Assembly: GCA_028817035.1 (NCBI GenBank)
Contig: JAPPQH010000010.1
Coordinates: 11,546 to 75,545, forward strand
Direction: 5' to 3'
DNA length: 64,000 nucleotides
From: Candidatus Campbellbacteria bacterium
GTDB lineage: Bacteria; Patescibacteriota; Minisyncoccia; Phycocordibacterales; JABAAK01
The notes below the pieces were generated by a model. That model ran no database searches and was not told the DNA's origin. It saw only the letters and a list, made by a program, of their open reading frames with translations. Shown here piece after piece: positions 38,400 to 47,888 of the stretch (positions are counted from its first letter, which is position 1; the number at the start of each line of letters is the position of its first letter). The position numbers were made by a program, and so were the translations under genes.

Positions 38400-40286
38400 T
38401 TATTTGTCTTTGTCGTCTTTTGCTTCTTCTCCTTCTGTCGCATCGGCATCCCGTGTTTCTTTTTTGTCTGCTTGATTCTCTGCGTTTGTTTTCACATTAC
38501 GCTGTGCAACTTCTTGAATAATACTTGTAAGTGAGTTTGTTGCTTCTTTCAATTTTTCAGTTCCAACTTCTTTTTTTGCTGATTTTAAGTCTTCTATAGA
38601 TTTTGTTATCTTATTTTTATCATCATCACTTATTGTTTCTTTGTTGTCATTTAGAAACTTTTCAGCTGTATAAATCGCCTGATCTGCAAAGTTGTTTGCC
38701 TCTACTTCTTCTTTTTTCTTAAGATCTTCTTCGCCATGTGTTTCAGCATCAGTCTTCATTTTTTCTATCTCTTCATCAGAAAGACCAGATGTCGCCTCAA
38801 TTCTTATGGACTGCTCTTTCTTTGTTTTTTCATCAACCGCCTTTACATCAAGTATTCCATTGGCATCAACATCAAATGACACCTTGATTTGTGGAACACC
38901 GCGAGGTGCTGGAGATATTCCGTCTAAAAGAAACCTGCCTAAACTTTTGTTATCAGAAGCCATGGCGCGTTCACCTTGAACTATGTGTATATCAACAGAT
39001 GGCTGGTTGTCTGTTGCTGTAGAAAAAACCTGTGAATGACTTGTTGGTAGTGTTGTATTCCTATCAATGAGTTTTGTGGAGACGCCCCCCATAGTCTCAA
39101 TTCCAAGAGAAAGCGGTATGACATCAAGCAATAATATGTCTTTCACATCACCTGCAAGTATGCCCGCTTGAATTGCAGCGCCTTGTGCTACAACTTCATC
39201 TGGATTTATGCTTAGATTGGGCTCTTTATTGAAGAATTCTTTAACTTTTTCCTGTATCAATGGCATGCGGGTCTGACCACCGACAAGTATAACCTCGTTT
39301 ATTTCATTAACCGTTATACCGGAATCTTCAACTGCTTTTTTTGTTATATCAAGTGCACGGTCAACATATTCCCCAGCGAGTTTATCAAGCTGTGCTCTGT
39401 TAATCTGCATAACAAGATGTTTTGGACCAGACGCATCGGATGTTATGAAAGGTATGTTTATGTCTGTTTGGCTTGCTTGCGACAACTCAATTTTTGCTTT
39501 TTCTGCTGCCTCATCCAATCTTTGGAGTGCTAACGGATCTTTAACTATATCTATACCCTGTTCTTTTTTAAATTCATCAGCAATGAAATAAATTAATTTT
39601 CTGTCTATATCACGACCTCCCATATGAGAATCACCGTTAGTAGATTTTACTTCAACAGTGTCATCTCCAACCTCCAATATAGACACATCAAATGTTCCGC
39701 CACCAAAATCAAACACAACAATTTTTTCATTTTTCTTTTTCTCAAAACCATAAGCAAGCGCTGCGGCAGTTGGCTCATTTATTATTCTCTTAACCTCAAG
39801 ACCTGCGATTTTACCCGCATCTTTTGTTGCTTTTCTCTGTGAATCATTGAAATATGCAGGAACAGTTATTATCGCCTCTGTGACAGGAGTGCCAAGTTTC
39901 TGACTCGCATCTTCTTTTAGTTTTCGCAATATCATTGCTGATATCTCTTCTGGTCTGTACTCCTTGCCGTCCATAACAACGAGCACACCACCATTTTCAC
40001 TTTTTTTCACTTCGTATGGGACTGTTTTTTTATCTTCCTGGACTACCTTGTCATCAAAATTATGACCTATGAACCGTTTTATTCCATATACTGTATTCTT
40101 CGGATTTGTTACCGCCTGTCTTTTTGACAAAAGACCAACAAGCCGCTGTCCGTTCTTTGAAATTGCGACCGTTGAAGGAGTCGTTCTATTACCCTCTGTG
40201 TTTTCAATTATTCTTGCACCATCAGGGGTCATATACGCCATTGCGGAATTTGTTGTTCCTAAGTCTATGCCTATTATTTTTCCCAT
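38400..40286 (-). CDS. dnaK: chaperone DnaK (Hsp70)
   Basis: 628 aa; [18 protein letters not shown] signatures. Confidence 0.95.
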   Translation of the reverse strand: MGKIIGIDLGTTNSAMAYMTPDGARIIENTEGNRTTPSTVAISKNGQRLVGLLSKRQAVTNPKNTVYGIKRFIGHNFDDKVVQEDKKTVPYEVKKSENGGVLVVMDGKEYRPEEISAMILRKLKEDASQKLGTPVTEAIITVPAYFNDSQRKATKDAGKIAGLEVKRIINEPTAAALAYGFEKKKNEKIVVFDFGGGTFDVSILEVGDDTVEVKSTNGDSHMGGRDIDRKLIYFIADEFKKEQGIDIVKDPLALQRLDEAAEKAKIELSQASQTDINIPFITSDASGPKHLVMQINRAQLDKLAGEYVDRALDITKKAVEDSGITVNEINEVILVGGQTRMPLIQEKVKEFFNKEPNLSINPDEVVAQGAAIQAGILAGDVKDILLLDVIPLSLGIETMGGVSTKLIDRNTTLPTSHSQVFSTATDNQPSVDIHIVQGERAMASDNKSLGRFLLDGISPAPRGVPQIKVSFDVDANGILDVKAVDEKTKKEQSIRIEATSGLSDEEIEKMKTDAETHGEEDLKKKEEVEANNFADQAIYTAEKFLNDNKETISDDDKNKITKSIEDLKSAKKEVGTEKLKEATNSLTSIIQEVAQRNVKTNAENQADKKETRDADATEGEEAKDDKDK

Positions 40287-40322
40287 AATTTGATATTAAT
40301 TAAAAGTTTTTTATAATTTATT

Positions 40323-40829
40323 TTATTTTTTTTCTTCCCAAAAACCTATCATAACTTTTGCAGGTCTGAGAATCGTTTTTTCTATCTTATACCCCTTCTG
40401 CACAACCTCAACAATCCTACCGTCATCTTTCTTTTTCTCAACGGGGCAAGACCCTACAGATTCATGGTTCATAGGATCAAACATCTCATCAGTTGGATCA
40501 AATTGTGAAACACCACACGACTTTAATGAATCTATGAATTGCTTGTGGATGCCTACGATACCTTTGTGTAAAGTTTTGTCCGAAGAATCGTGAGAAAGTG
40601 CGATTTCAATGCTATCTATCACTTGGATAATGTTCTTTGCACAATATATTATCCCGTTCAATCTTGACTGTTCACCCATTTTTTCAAATTGCTTTCTCTC
40701 GTTTGCCGAATCCGCAAGAGCACGCTTCCATCCTTTTAAGTATTCTTCTCGCTCCTTTTTGCATTTTTCAAGTTCTTTCAATACCTTTTCTTCGTTATCG
40801 CCCACTTTTTGTTGTGGCTTTTTCTTCAT
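40323..40829 (-). CDS. grpE: nucleotide exchange factor GrpE
   Basis: 168 aa; coiled-coil N-terminus and C-terminal GrpE beta domain (IVEVVQKGYKIEKTILRPAKV). Confidence 0.8.
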   Translation of the reverse strand: MKKKPQQKVGDNEEKVLKELEKCKKEREEYLKGWKRALADSANERKQFEKMGEQSRLNGIIYCAKNIIQVIDSIEIALSHDSSDKTLHKGIVGIHKQFIDSLKSCGVSQFDPTDEMFDPMNHESVGSCPVEKKKDDGRIVEVVQKGYKIEKTILRPAKVMIGFWEEKK

Positions 40830-40833
40830 ACCA

Positions 40834-41262
40834 CTATCTCTTGCTCCACTGTGGAGCCCTTCTTGCTTTTTTCAAGCCATATTTCTTCCTCTCTTTCCTT
40901 CTCGGATCTCTTCTCAAAAGAGAATTCTGTTTTAATAATTTTCTATGCTCCTGTTTGTGTTTTACAACCGCCCTTGCAATCCCAAGACAAACCGCGTCTG
41001 CTTGGGATGTGAGACCGCCACCTGTTACTCTTGCATCCACTGTAAATGCATCGTCAATAACCTCAAATGGAGATTTTACTTTCTTCTGGTGGCTCTTGTT
41101 CTTAAAATATTGCTCAAGGTCTGACTTGTTTACTGATATAACTGTATTAGAACTTGGCACGACACGAACACGAGCCACAGAAGTTTTTCTCCTTCCTATT
41201 CCTTCTGTGTATCTACTGCTATTAGTATTCTTTTTTTGCTTGGTTTCCACGGTCATACGCAT
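40834..41262 (-). CDS. rpsI: 30S ribosomal protein S9
   Basis: 142 aa; GGGLTSQADAVCLGIARAV, C-terminal ...RRAPQWSKR. Confidence 0.9.
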   Translation of the reverse strand: MRMTVETKQKKNTNSSRYTEGIGRRKTSVARVRVVPSSNTVISVNKSDLEQYFKNKSHQKKVKSPFEVIDDAFTVDARVTGGGLTSQADAVCLGIARAVVKHKQEHRKLLKQNSLLRRDPRRKERKKYGLKKARRAPQWSKR

Positions 41263-41597
41263 TTTATTTTATTTAATTTTACTTGTCTTAGTTTGTTTTT
41301 AGGAAGCATCCCCGACACTGCACGCATCAAAACTTCTTCCTTACCCTTTGCCTCAATCACTTGTTTGACTGTTTTTGTTTTGTCGTTTCCAACATAACCA
41401 GAATGTGAGAAATATTTTTTATCTGTCAGCTTGTTTCCGCTTATTTTCATCTGTGGCACATTCTTAACCAACACGGAAACATCAAGCACACGATTTGGAG
41501 CATAATTTACATCTGTTTTTCCGTTTAACACATTGGCGACTTCTGTAGCGACCCTGCCTAAACTTTGTCCTTTTGCATCAATAGTAACTTCTTTCAT
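41253..41597 (-). CDS. rplM: 50S ribosomal protein L13
   Basis: 114 aa; L13 pattern (GQSLGRVATEVANVLNGK, SGYVGN). Confidence 0.85.
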   Translation of the reverse strand: MKEVTIDAKGQSLGRVATEVANVLNGKTDVNYAPNRVLDVSVLVKNVPQMKISGNKLTDKKYFSHSGYVGNDKTKTVKQVIEAKGKEEVLMRAVSGMLPKNKLRQVKLNKIKCV

Positions 41598-41600
41598 ATT

Positions 41601-41954
41601 TTATACAAATTCAATTATTGCTTCTTTAGCACCGTCTGTACGATTAGAAGATATTTTGGTTATGCGTGTATATCCCCCGTTTCTTTCCATATATCGCGGA
41701 CCTATCGCACTTAGAAGTTTGGACACTGTTTTGTTGTCATTACCAAGCGCCTTTAACAAAATCCTTCTTGAGTGAAGAGTGTTTGTTTTTGAACGGGTTA
41801 TCATTTTTTCAACCTGTGGGCGCAACTCCTTTGCTTTTGCTTCTGTTGTCTTTATTTTTTCATTGAGAATAAGAGAACGAGCAAGAGAACGCATAAGCGC
41901 ATTCCTTATATCTCGAGTTCTGCCAAATTTTCTTTCTTTTATTCTCTTTTTCAT
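41601..41954 (-). CDS. rplQ: 50S ribosomal protein L17
   Basis: 117 aa; RHRK-like KERKFGRTRDIRNALMRSLARSL, ...GGYTRI. Confidence 0.9.
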   Translation of the reverse strand: MKKRIKERKFGRTRDIRNALMRSLARSLILNEKIKTTEAKAKELRPQVEKMITRSKTNTLHSRRILLKALGNDNKTVSKLLSAIGPRYMERNGGYTRITKISSNRTDGAKEAIIEFV

Positions 41955-41957
41955 AAA

Positions 41958-42905
41958 TTATTTATCTGCTTTTCTGATTGAAAGACCTCTCTCTGCGAGA
42001 ACCATCTCAATTTCATCTATTGCCCTTTCACCAAGACCTGGGAGGGCTGCAAGCTCTTTTCTTGTCTTTTCTTCCAAATGATTTAAGCTTACTATCCCTG
42101 CTTTTTTGAGGGCATTTGTTACGCGATTTTTCAAGCCAAGCTGATCAACCGTTCCCCTCTCCGCCTCAAGTTCTTTTTCTGTCATCTTAATCTCCTCGCT
42201 GTCTGAATCATCCTTAAACCCTACAATAGCCTGAAGCTGCGTTATGATTATTGAAACAGTTCTGCGAAATACTTCTTTTGGTGTTATCGTCCCATCTGTT
42301 TCTATAAACACGCGAAGCCTGTTGAAATCAATCCTATCACCAACTCTCATTGGCTCTACTTCATAATTCACTCTTCTTATAGGAGAGAAAAAAGAATCAA
42401 CAACTATGGTTCCAATCTCAACACGATCTTTGTGACTATCTCTCTGAACAAAACCAACACCTCTTTCAATTGTCAGTTCTGCAGAGAACTCTACTTTAGG
42501 ATCAGTTATTTCGGCTATATTATAATCTTTATTCACCACTTCAACCTGTGGGTTGTTTGATATGTCCCCCGCTGTTATAACACCTATGCCTTTTTTCTTA
42601 ATTTTTACTTTCTGCGGTTCATTTGTATGCATTTTGAATAATATTCTCTTTAAGTTAAGAAGTATTATCAAAACTTCTTCTTTTATTCCTTTTATGGTAG
42701 TGAACTCGTGAGACACTCCATCTATCTTCACGCTTGTAATCGCTGTTCCTGGTATTGAAGAAAGGATAACACGGCGTAAAATATTTCCTAATGTATATCC
42801 ATAACCTGGATACAGACCATCTATCTCATAGACGGCACTTGTCTCGTTTTCCTTTACCACACGGGGTTTAGAAGGAAGATTTATGCTATATTCATCTAAC
42901 ATCAT
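41958..42905 (-). CDS. rpoA: DNA-directed RNA polymerase subunit alpha
   Basis: 315 aa; N-terminal dimerisation domain and C-terminal alphaCTD (ALPGLGERAIDEIEMVL). Confidence 0.9.
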   Translation of the reverse strand: MMLDEYSINLPSKPRVVKENETSAVYEIDGLYPGYGYTLGNILRRVILSSIPGTAITSVKIDGVSHEFTTIKGIKEEVLIILLNLKRILFKMHTNEPQKVKIKKKGIGVITAGDISNNPQVEVVNKDYNIAEITDPKVEFSAELTIERGVGFVQRDSHKDRVEIGTIVVDSFFSPIRRVNYEVEPMRVGDRIDFNRLRVFIETDGTITPKEVFRRTVSIIITQLQAIVGFKDDSDSEEIKMTEKELEAERGTVDQLGLKNRVTNALKKAGIVSLNHLEEKTRKELAALPGLGERAIDEIEMVLAERGLSIRKADK

Positions 42906-42908
42906 AAT

Positions 42909-43517
42909 TTATCTACTGTAATATTCAAACACTCTTGAAACATCAAACAATATGTCCTGAGGTGTAGTTGTTGGTAATTCTTTTACAGTTCCTGCACTGG
43001 TTTTGTTGTCAAATGACAGCCAGCTTGGAATTTTTCGTTCCTTCTGCAATTCTGCCATTCCATCAAAATTCTTTTTATTCTTGCTCGCCTCTCGGATGCC
43101 TACGACATCACCCACACGAAGGGCTCGTGAAGGTATGCGGATTTTTCTTCCGTTTACTGTGATGTGCCCGTGTGAAACCATCTGCCTTGCTTTTTTTCTT
43201 GTCTCTGCAAATGAAAGACGATACACCACATTATCAACCCTTCTCTCAAGTGAACAAATAAAATAATCAGTTACTCCTATGCCTTTTTGTTTTTCGGCTT
43301 CTCTTACATATTTCTTTAACTGACCTTCACGTATTCCATAGGTATATCTTGCTTTTTGTTTTTCAACAAGCTGTTTGCCATATTCTGACACGCCAGAATA
43401 AGAAGATTTGCTTTTTCTTTTTCTCTCTTCGGAGCGAGTATATTTAGCAGTCTGACACTTCTCAAACACAGGAGCGCCGAGTCGTCTACTTATTTTATAT
43501 TTTTTAAGTTTAATCAT
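42909..43517 (-). CDS. rpsD: 30S ribosomal protein S4
   Basis: 202 aa; MIKLKKYKISRRLGAPVFEKC N-terminus and S4 domain. Confidence 0.9.
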   Translation of the reverse strand: MIKLKKYKISRRLGAPVFEKCQTAKYTRSEERKRKSKSSYSGVSEYGKQLVEKQKARYTYGIREGQLKKYVREAEKQKGIGVTDYFICSLERRVDNVVYRLSFAETRKKARQMVSHGHITVNGRKIRIPSRALRVGDVVGIREASKNKKNFDGMAELQKERKIPSWLSFDNKTSAGTVKELPTTTPQDILFDVSRVFEYYSR

Positions 43518-43523
43518 ACTAAT

Positions 43524-43958
43524 CTATACTCTTCTTGGTTTTCTTCTCTTAGGTCCGTTATGTGGAATTGGTGTTTTGTCTACGATAGAACCAATTACAA
43601 AACCTTTATTAACAAAAGAACGCATAGCCGATTCTCTTCCAGGACCCACTCCTTTTATCACCACATCAACATCTTGAAGACCTATTGCTTCTGCTTTGTC
43701 TGCGAGAAGTGCTGCAACCTTTGCTGCCGCAAAAGGAGTTGATTTTTTGGTTCCCTTGAAACCAAGCGCACCGGTTGATGACCACATAACAGAATTTCCC
43801 TTTTCATCACACAAAGACAATTTTGTGTTGTTATATGTAGCATTTACATGCAATACACCAGTTTTTATCTTGCGTTTTGGAAGGCGTGAAAGCGACCTTG
43901 AAAGAAGGCCTCTATCTGCTGTCCCACCCGCTTTTTGAACAGATCGTTTCTTACCCAT
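43524..43958 (-). CDS. rpsK: 30S ribosomal protein S11
   Basis: 144 aa; GTKKSTPFAAAKVAALLADKA...KGVGPGRESAMRSF. Confidence 0.9.
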   Translation of the reverse strand: MGKKRSVQKAGGTADRGLLSRSLSRLPKRKIKTGVLHVNATYNNTKLSLCDEKGNSVMWSSTGALGFKGTKKSTPFAAAKVAALLADKAEAIGLQDVDVVIKGVGPGRESAMRSFVNKGFVIGSIVDKTPIPHNGPKRRKPRRV

Positions 43959-43959
43959 A

Positions 43960-44337
43960 CTACTTCTTCTGCAATTTTACGCGACCAGAACCCATTGTTT
44001 TAACGGCACCCTTCCTTGTTCTTGCGTTTGTCTTTGTTCTTTGTCCACGAACAGGCAATCTGACCATATGTCTTTTTCCCTGATAAGAACCTATATCTTT
44101 TTTTCTTTTTATATTAGAGGAAACCTCCCTTCTTAAGTCACCTTCTATTTTCAGAGACTCAATAGATTTTCTTATTGCTTGATCTTGAGCTTCTGTTAAA
44201 TTTTCTGGGGTGGTGTGCTCTTTTATATTAGCTTCCTTTAATATGCGACGCGCACTTACACGACCTACACCGTATATGGTTGTTAGGCCTATCTCAAGAT
44301 GAGTTTTTTCTGGAATTGTTATCCCTGCTATTCTCAT
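43960..44337 (-). CDS. rpsM: 30S ribosomal protein S13
   Basis: 125 aa; MRIAGITIPEKTHLEIGLTTIYGVG. Confidence 0.9.
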   Translation of the reverse strand: MRIAGITIPEKTHLEIGLTTIYGVGRVSARRILKEANIKEHTTPENLTEAQDQAIRKSIESLKIEGDLRREVSSNIKRKKDIGSYQGKRHMVRLPVRGQRTKTNARTRKGAVKTMGSGRVKLQKK

Positions 44338-44340
44338 ATT

Positions 44341-44457
44341 TTATCTTTGTCGCTGCTTATTTCTTGGGTTCTTTTTGTTAATTACATAAATTCGTCCCCC
44401 GCGACGGACAATCTGATCGTTTTTATCTCTTTTCTTAATAGAGGATTTTACTTTCAT
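44341..44457 (-). CDS. rpmJ: 50S ribosomal protein L36 (38 aa), below ORF-track size cutoff
   Basis: Minus-strand translation [38 protein letters not shown]; sits between rpsM and infA as in conserved operon. Confidence 0.8.
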   Translation of the reverse strand: MKVKSSIKKRDKNDQIVRRGGRIYVINKKNPRNKQRQR

Positions 44458-44491
44458 ACTTTGTTTACCAAGAAGTCAAAACACACAAAGA

Positions 44492-44713
44492 TTAAAGACG
44501 CTGAATAATACGCGCCTTACCTCCATATTCGTCTAATACAATCATCACTTTGTCGCCAACAAGTACACGGATTCGATTTATTCTCATCTTTCCAGAAACA
44601 TAGGCAATAACCTGCTCCTTTGTATCATCGACTGTTACAAGGAAGTTTGCATTGGAAAGTGATTCGTCAATCGTCCCCATGACACCCTTAGCTTTCTTAT
44701 TATTTGCTTCCAT
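44492..44713 (-). CDS. infA: translation initiation factor IF-1
   Basis: 73 aa; S1-like OB fold, ...GKMRINRIRVLVGDKVMIVLDEYGGKARIIQRL. Confidence 0.9.
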   Translation of the reverse strand: MEANNKKAKGVMGTIDESLSNANFLVTVDDTKEQVIAYVSGKMRINRIRVLVGDKVMIVLDEYGGKARIIQRL

Positions 44714-44769
44714 CTATCATTGTTTTGACAAGTTATATAATAACAGATAGGCCAATTATTTGCAAGTGT

Positions 44770-45414
44770 CTATTTTCTGCCCTTTTTCCATTTATCTATA
44801 TCCCCGTGATGACCTGATAAAAGGACCTTTGGGACCCTATATTTCCTATTCTTATAGCAAAATACCTCTGGTCTCGTATATACCTCGCTATTTGAGACAC
44901 GGGATTCCTCTATGGAATCTGGGTTACCAAGGACATTCGGCAGATGTCTTGAAATGGCGTCTATGACAAACATGGCAGGCAGTTCGCCGCCCGTCAATAT
45001 GCACCTACCAACCGAAATTTTTTTTGCTTTTGTTATTTTTTGAACACGCGCATCAATCCCCTCATAATGACCGGATATCAGTATTATGTGTTTATATTTT
45101 TTTCTGATTCTGTTTGATATGGAAGATGTAAATTCTTCACCGCTTGGTGTAAAGAAAAAAGATACCACATCTTTTTTTCTTCCAACCGCTTTTTCAAAAG
45201 CTTTAAGCACCGGCATTGGTTCAATAACCATCCCTGGTCCACCACCGTATGGTCTTTTGTCTATTCTCTTTCCTTTCTTTTCAGAAAAATCAATTGGGTT
45301 GTAAAAAGATACTTTTATTGATTTTTGTTTTACTGCACGCCCTATTATTGAGGTATTAAGATATTCTTTGAATACATCTGGGAACAAAGTTATTATGTGA
45401 AAATGCATAGACAT
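44770..45414 (-). CDS. trmD: tRNA (guanine37-N1)-methyltransferase
   Basis: 214 aa; MHFHIITLFPDVF N-terminus, RPYGGGPGMV SAM-binding knot. Confidence 0.9.
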   Translation of the reverse strand: MSMHFHIITLFPDVFKEYLNTSIIGRAVKQKSIKVSFYNPIDFSEKKGKRIDKRPYGGGPGMVIEPMPVLKAFEKAVGRKKDVVSFFFTPSGEEFTSSISNRIRKKYKHIILISGHYEGIDARVQKITKAKKISVGRCILTGGELPAMFVIDAISRHLPNVLGNPDSIEESRVSNSEVYTRPEVFCYKNRKYRVPKVLLSGHHGDIDKWKKGRK

Positions 45415-45470
45415 AACTAACCTCGCCTTGTGGGCGACAAATTTATAGTTTTATTGATTTCTTAATTTAT

Positions 45471-45749
45471 CTACTCGTTTCGTGGGGGTCGCTCCGACTC
45501 ATCAAGTCGAAAACTTACATAAGCATTGTTTTTTCTTCCGACTGCCCTCAAAAGTGTTCTTATTGCATCTCTGGTTTTTCCGGACCTTCCTATAATTTTA
45601 CCTCTCTCCGCTGGGTCAACAGAAAGCGTTAGCAATACCCCCTTAGGGTCTACTCTTCTATCCACTTTAACGCTGTCTGTATTATCAACGAGTGCCTTAA
45701 CTATGAATTCCAAAAAATCCTGATCTAAATTTGCTGAACTATTATCCAT
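45471..45749 (-). CDS. KH-domain RNA-binding protein (UPF0109/YlqC-like)
   Basis: 92 aa; KH GxxG loop IIGRSGKTRDAIR; conserved neighbour of rpsP/trmD. Confidence 0.8.
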   Translation of the reverse strand: MDNSSANLDQDFLEFIVKALVDNTDSVKVDRRVDPKGVLLTLSVDPAERGKIIGRSGKTRDAIRTLLRAVGRKNNAYVSFRLDESERPPRNE

Positions 45750-45890
45750 ACTAATCTCCTCTAAATTACCTTGTTCTTAAAAACGACTCAAAGAAAATCT
45801 TCCTGTCGTATAGATTAATTCTATATTATCCCTCCCATTTTGGTCAAGTATCCTCAGGGCTCGCATTCATCCACCCCATTTGTGCCCTAT

Positions 45891-45934
45891 TTTAATTAAA
45901 AAACCACCCACAGCGACAAGGTCGCGTGGGTGGT
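45891..45934 (-). terminator. bidirectional-looking terminator hairpin after paralog A
   Basis: aaccacccac-agcgacaaggtcgc-gtgggtggtt perfect stem, T-run on minus strand (A-run 45893-45900 on plus). Confidence 0.7.
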
Positions 45935-45981
45935 TGAAAACTTGGGTGGCACATATGATTTCAATAGCGTCTGCCAGGGGC

Positions 45982-46674
45982 TTAAAGGACTTGGTTGACA
46001 TTCCGAGAAAGGTTTTCAACACCTTCCAAAGATATCCCACTTGAAGACTCTCTAGCATACTCTTTGCCCAATCTCTCGATACACCACTCTTTGACTTCCC
46101 TGAAGTGTTCTGGACGACAATCCTCGTTATCCAAGAGTTTGCCAATTTTCATGAGTGCTGCAAGAACATTGCGATCATTTCGCGCATTGCCAAGATACCA
46201 TTGGTATCCGCGTATGCCGTGGTGTAGGCGATATCTTCCAAACCACCTGTCCTTACCATCGAGAACATCATTGTAAGCATTGCCGATGATGTAACCACCA
46301 AAACCCATTCTCATCAAAAAACAGATGTCATCATGACAATAATATGGGTTGTTAAGGTAGTGTCCAACAACTAAAAAGTCCAGTTTGGCAGATCTTACAA
46401 TACAAGCTGTTTTTCTTGGGTCAAGAGCGACTGAAACAATGTCGTCACCTTTGGGTGGGACGTATTTCTTCGCCATAGGGTCAACAGGTACACGGTACAC
46501 TACAAAGAAGGTAGCTTCGTATACTTCGCCTTCTTCCCACGCCACCATGTTCTTCATATTCTTCTCCAACAAATTTTTGGTTTTTTTCCACAAACTTCTA
46601 GTGAAAGATAGCGATTCGTCATCACAAAGAAACCCTACCCTGAATTCCTTCTTAGGCTTTTTCTCAGTAGCCAT
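45982..46674 (-). CDS. hypothetical protein, triplicated family copy A (possible Rossmann-like fold)
   Basis: 230 aa; shares FRVGFLCDDESLSF, LDFLVVGHYLNNPYYCHDDICFLMRMGFGGYIIGNAY with copy B (~85 percent) and more distantly with copy C. Confidence 0.6.
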   Translation of the reverse strand: MATEKKPKKEFRVGFLCDDESLSFTRSLWKKTKNLLEKNMKNMVAWEEGEVYEATFFVVYRVPVDPMAKKYVPPKGDDIVSVALDPRKTACIVRSAKLDFLVVGHYLNNPYYCHDDICFLMRMGFGGYIIGNAYNDVLDGKDRWFGRYRLHHGIRGYQWYLGNARNDRNVLAALMKIGKLLDNEDCRPEHFREVKEWCIERLGKEYARESSSGISLEGVENLSRNVNQVL

Positions 46675-46813
46675 AAGATTTTCCTCCTCTTTCCTTTACT
46701 TCCACAAAGTGAAACCTGTTTTCGGGATGCGACAAGCATCCCTTTCAAAGAACACGCGAGGACTTTCGTCCCCACATTGCTTTTATTATATTACCAAAAC
46801 AAGCATTTTGTCA
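46675..46813 (-). promoter_or_regulatory. promoter (TTGACA-N18-TATAAT) plus conserved structured 5' leader of copy A
   Basis: Minus strand: TTGACA (rc 46808-46813), TATAAT (rc 46784-46789), then ~105-nt leader with GGAC-GAAA-GUCC tetraloop hairpin, GGGAUGC-UUGUC-GCAUCCC hairpin, UUCAC-UUU-GUGGA hairpin, AGGAGG RBS; leader identical in all three copies. Confidence 0.6.
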
Positions 46814-46860
46814 AACCACTCAGTTCTTCTATTTCATTATCGCTCTGTGGTTTCATTGCT

Positions 46861-46904
46861 TTAATTAAAAAACCACCCACGGCGACAAGGTCGCGTGGGT
46901 GGTT
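46861..46904 (-). terminator. terminator hairpin after paralog B
   Basis: aaccacccacggcgacaaggtcgcgtgggtggtt preceded by A-run on plus strand. Confidence 0.7.
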
Positions 46905-46939
46905 GAAAACTTGGGTGGCACATATGCCAACCCGAGATG

Positions 46940-47647
46940 TCAATAGGGTCTGTCAGGGGCATCAAGGACTTGGACGACATTCCGAGAAAAGTTTTCAGCA
47001 CCTTCCAAAGATATCTCACCTGAAGACTCTCTAACATACTCTTTGCCCAATCTCTTGATACACCACTCTTTGACTTCCCCGAAGTGTTCTGGATAACTAG
47101 GATTGTTATCCAAAAGTTTGCCAATTTTCATGAGTGCTGCAAGAACATTGCAATCTTTACGCGCATTGCCAAGATACCAATTGTGTCCTCGCCATTTCCC
47201 AAACCATCCGTTTTGTTCATCGGGAACATCATCGTAAGCATTGCCGATGATGTAACCACCAAAACCCATTTGCATCAAAAAACAGATGTCATCATGACAA
47301 TAATATGGGTTGTTAAGGTAGTGTCCAGCAACCAAAAAGTCCAGTTTGGCAGCTCTTACAACACAAGACGCTTTTCTTTTGTCTTCGTAAGCAGTGGCTG
47401 AAACGATTGAAACAATGTCGTCACCTTTGGGTGGGATGTATTTCTTCGTCTGGTCAACAGGTACACGGTACACTACAAAGAAGGTAGCTTCGTATACTTC
47501 GCCTTCTTCCCACGCCACCATGTTCTTCATATTCTTCTCCAACAAATTTTTGGTTTTTTTCCACAAACTTCTAGTGAAAGATAGCGATTCGTCATCACAA
47601 AGAAACCCTACCCTGAATTCCTTCTTAGGCTTTTTCTCAGTAGCCAT
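46940..47647 (-). CDS. hypothetical protein, triplicated family copy B
   Basis: 235 aa; paralog of 45982..46674. Confidence 0.6.
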   Translation of the reverse strand: MATEKKPKKEFRVGFLCDDESLSFTRSLWKKTKNLLEKNMKNMVAWEEGEVYEATFFVVYRVPVDQTKKYIPPKGDDIVSIVSATAYEDKRKASCVVRAAKLDFLVAGHYLNNPYYCHDDICFLMQMGFGGYIIGNAYDDVPDEQNGWFGKWRGHNWYLGNARKDCNVLAALMKIGKLLDNNPSYPEHFGEVKEWCIKRLGKEYVRESSGEISLEGAENFSRNVVQVLDAPDRPY

Positions 47648-47786
47648 AAGATTTTCCTCCTCTTTCCTTTACTTCCACAAAGTGAAACCTGTTTTCGGGA
47701 TGCGACAAGCATCCCTTTCAAAGAACACGCGAGGACTTTCGTCCCCACATTGCTTTTATTATATTACCAAAACAAGCATTTTGTCA
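47648..47786 (-). promoter_or_regulatory. promoter plus conserved structured 5' leader of copy B
   Basis: Same leader sequence as copy A; minus strand TTGACAaaatgcttgttttggtaaTATAAT upstream. Confidence 0.6.
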
Positions 47787-47837
47787 AACCACTCAGTTCT
47801 TCTATTTCATTATCGCTCGGCAGTTTCATTTTCATTA

Positions 47838-47878
47838 ATTAAAAAACCACCCACGACGACAAAGTCGCGTGGGTGGTT
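47838..47878 (-). terminator. terminator hairpin after paralog C
   Basis: aaccacccacgacgacaaagtcgcgtgggtggtt with flanking A-run on plus strand. Confidence 0.7.
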
Positions 47879-47888
47879 TGGGTCAACC

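Noticed and set aside
45867-47124. ORFs 45867..46145 and 46861..47124 (MANSWITRIVVQNTSGKSKSG...)
   Set aside because: Out-of-frame overlaps of the 3' ends of paralog copies A and B; their mutual similarity comes from the DNA duplication, not independent genes.
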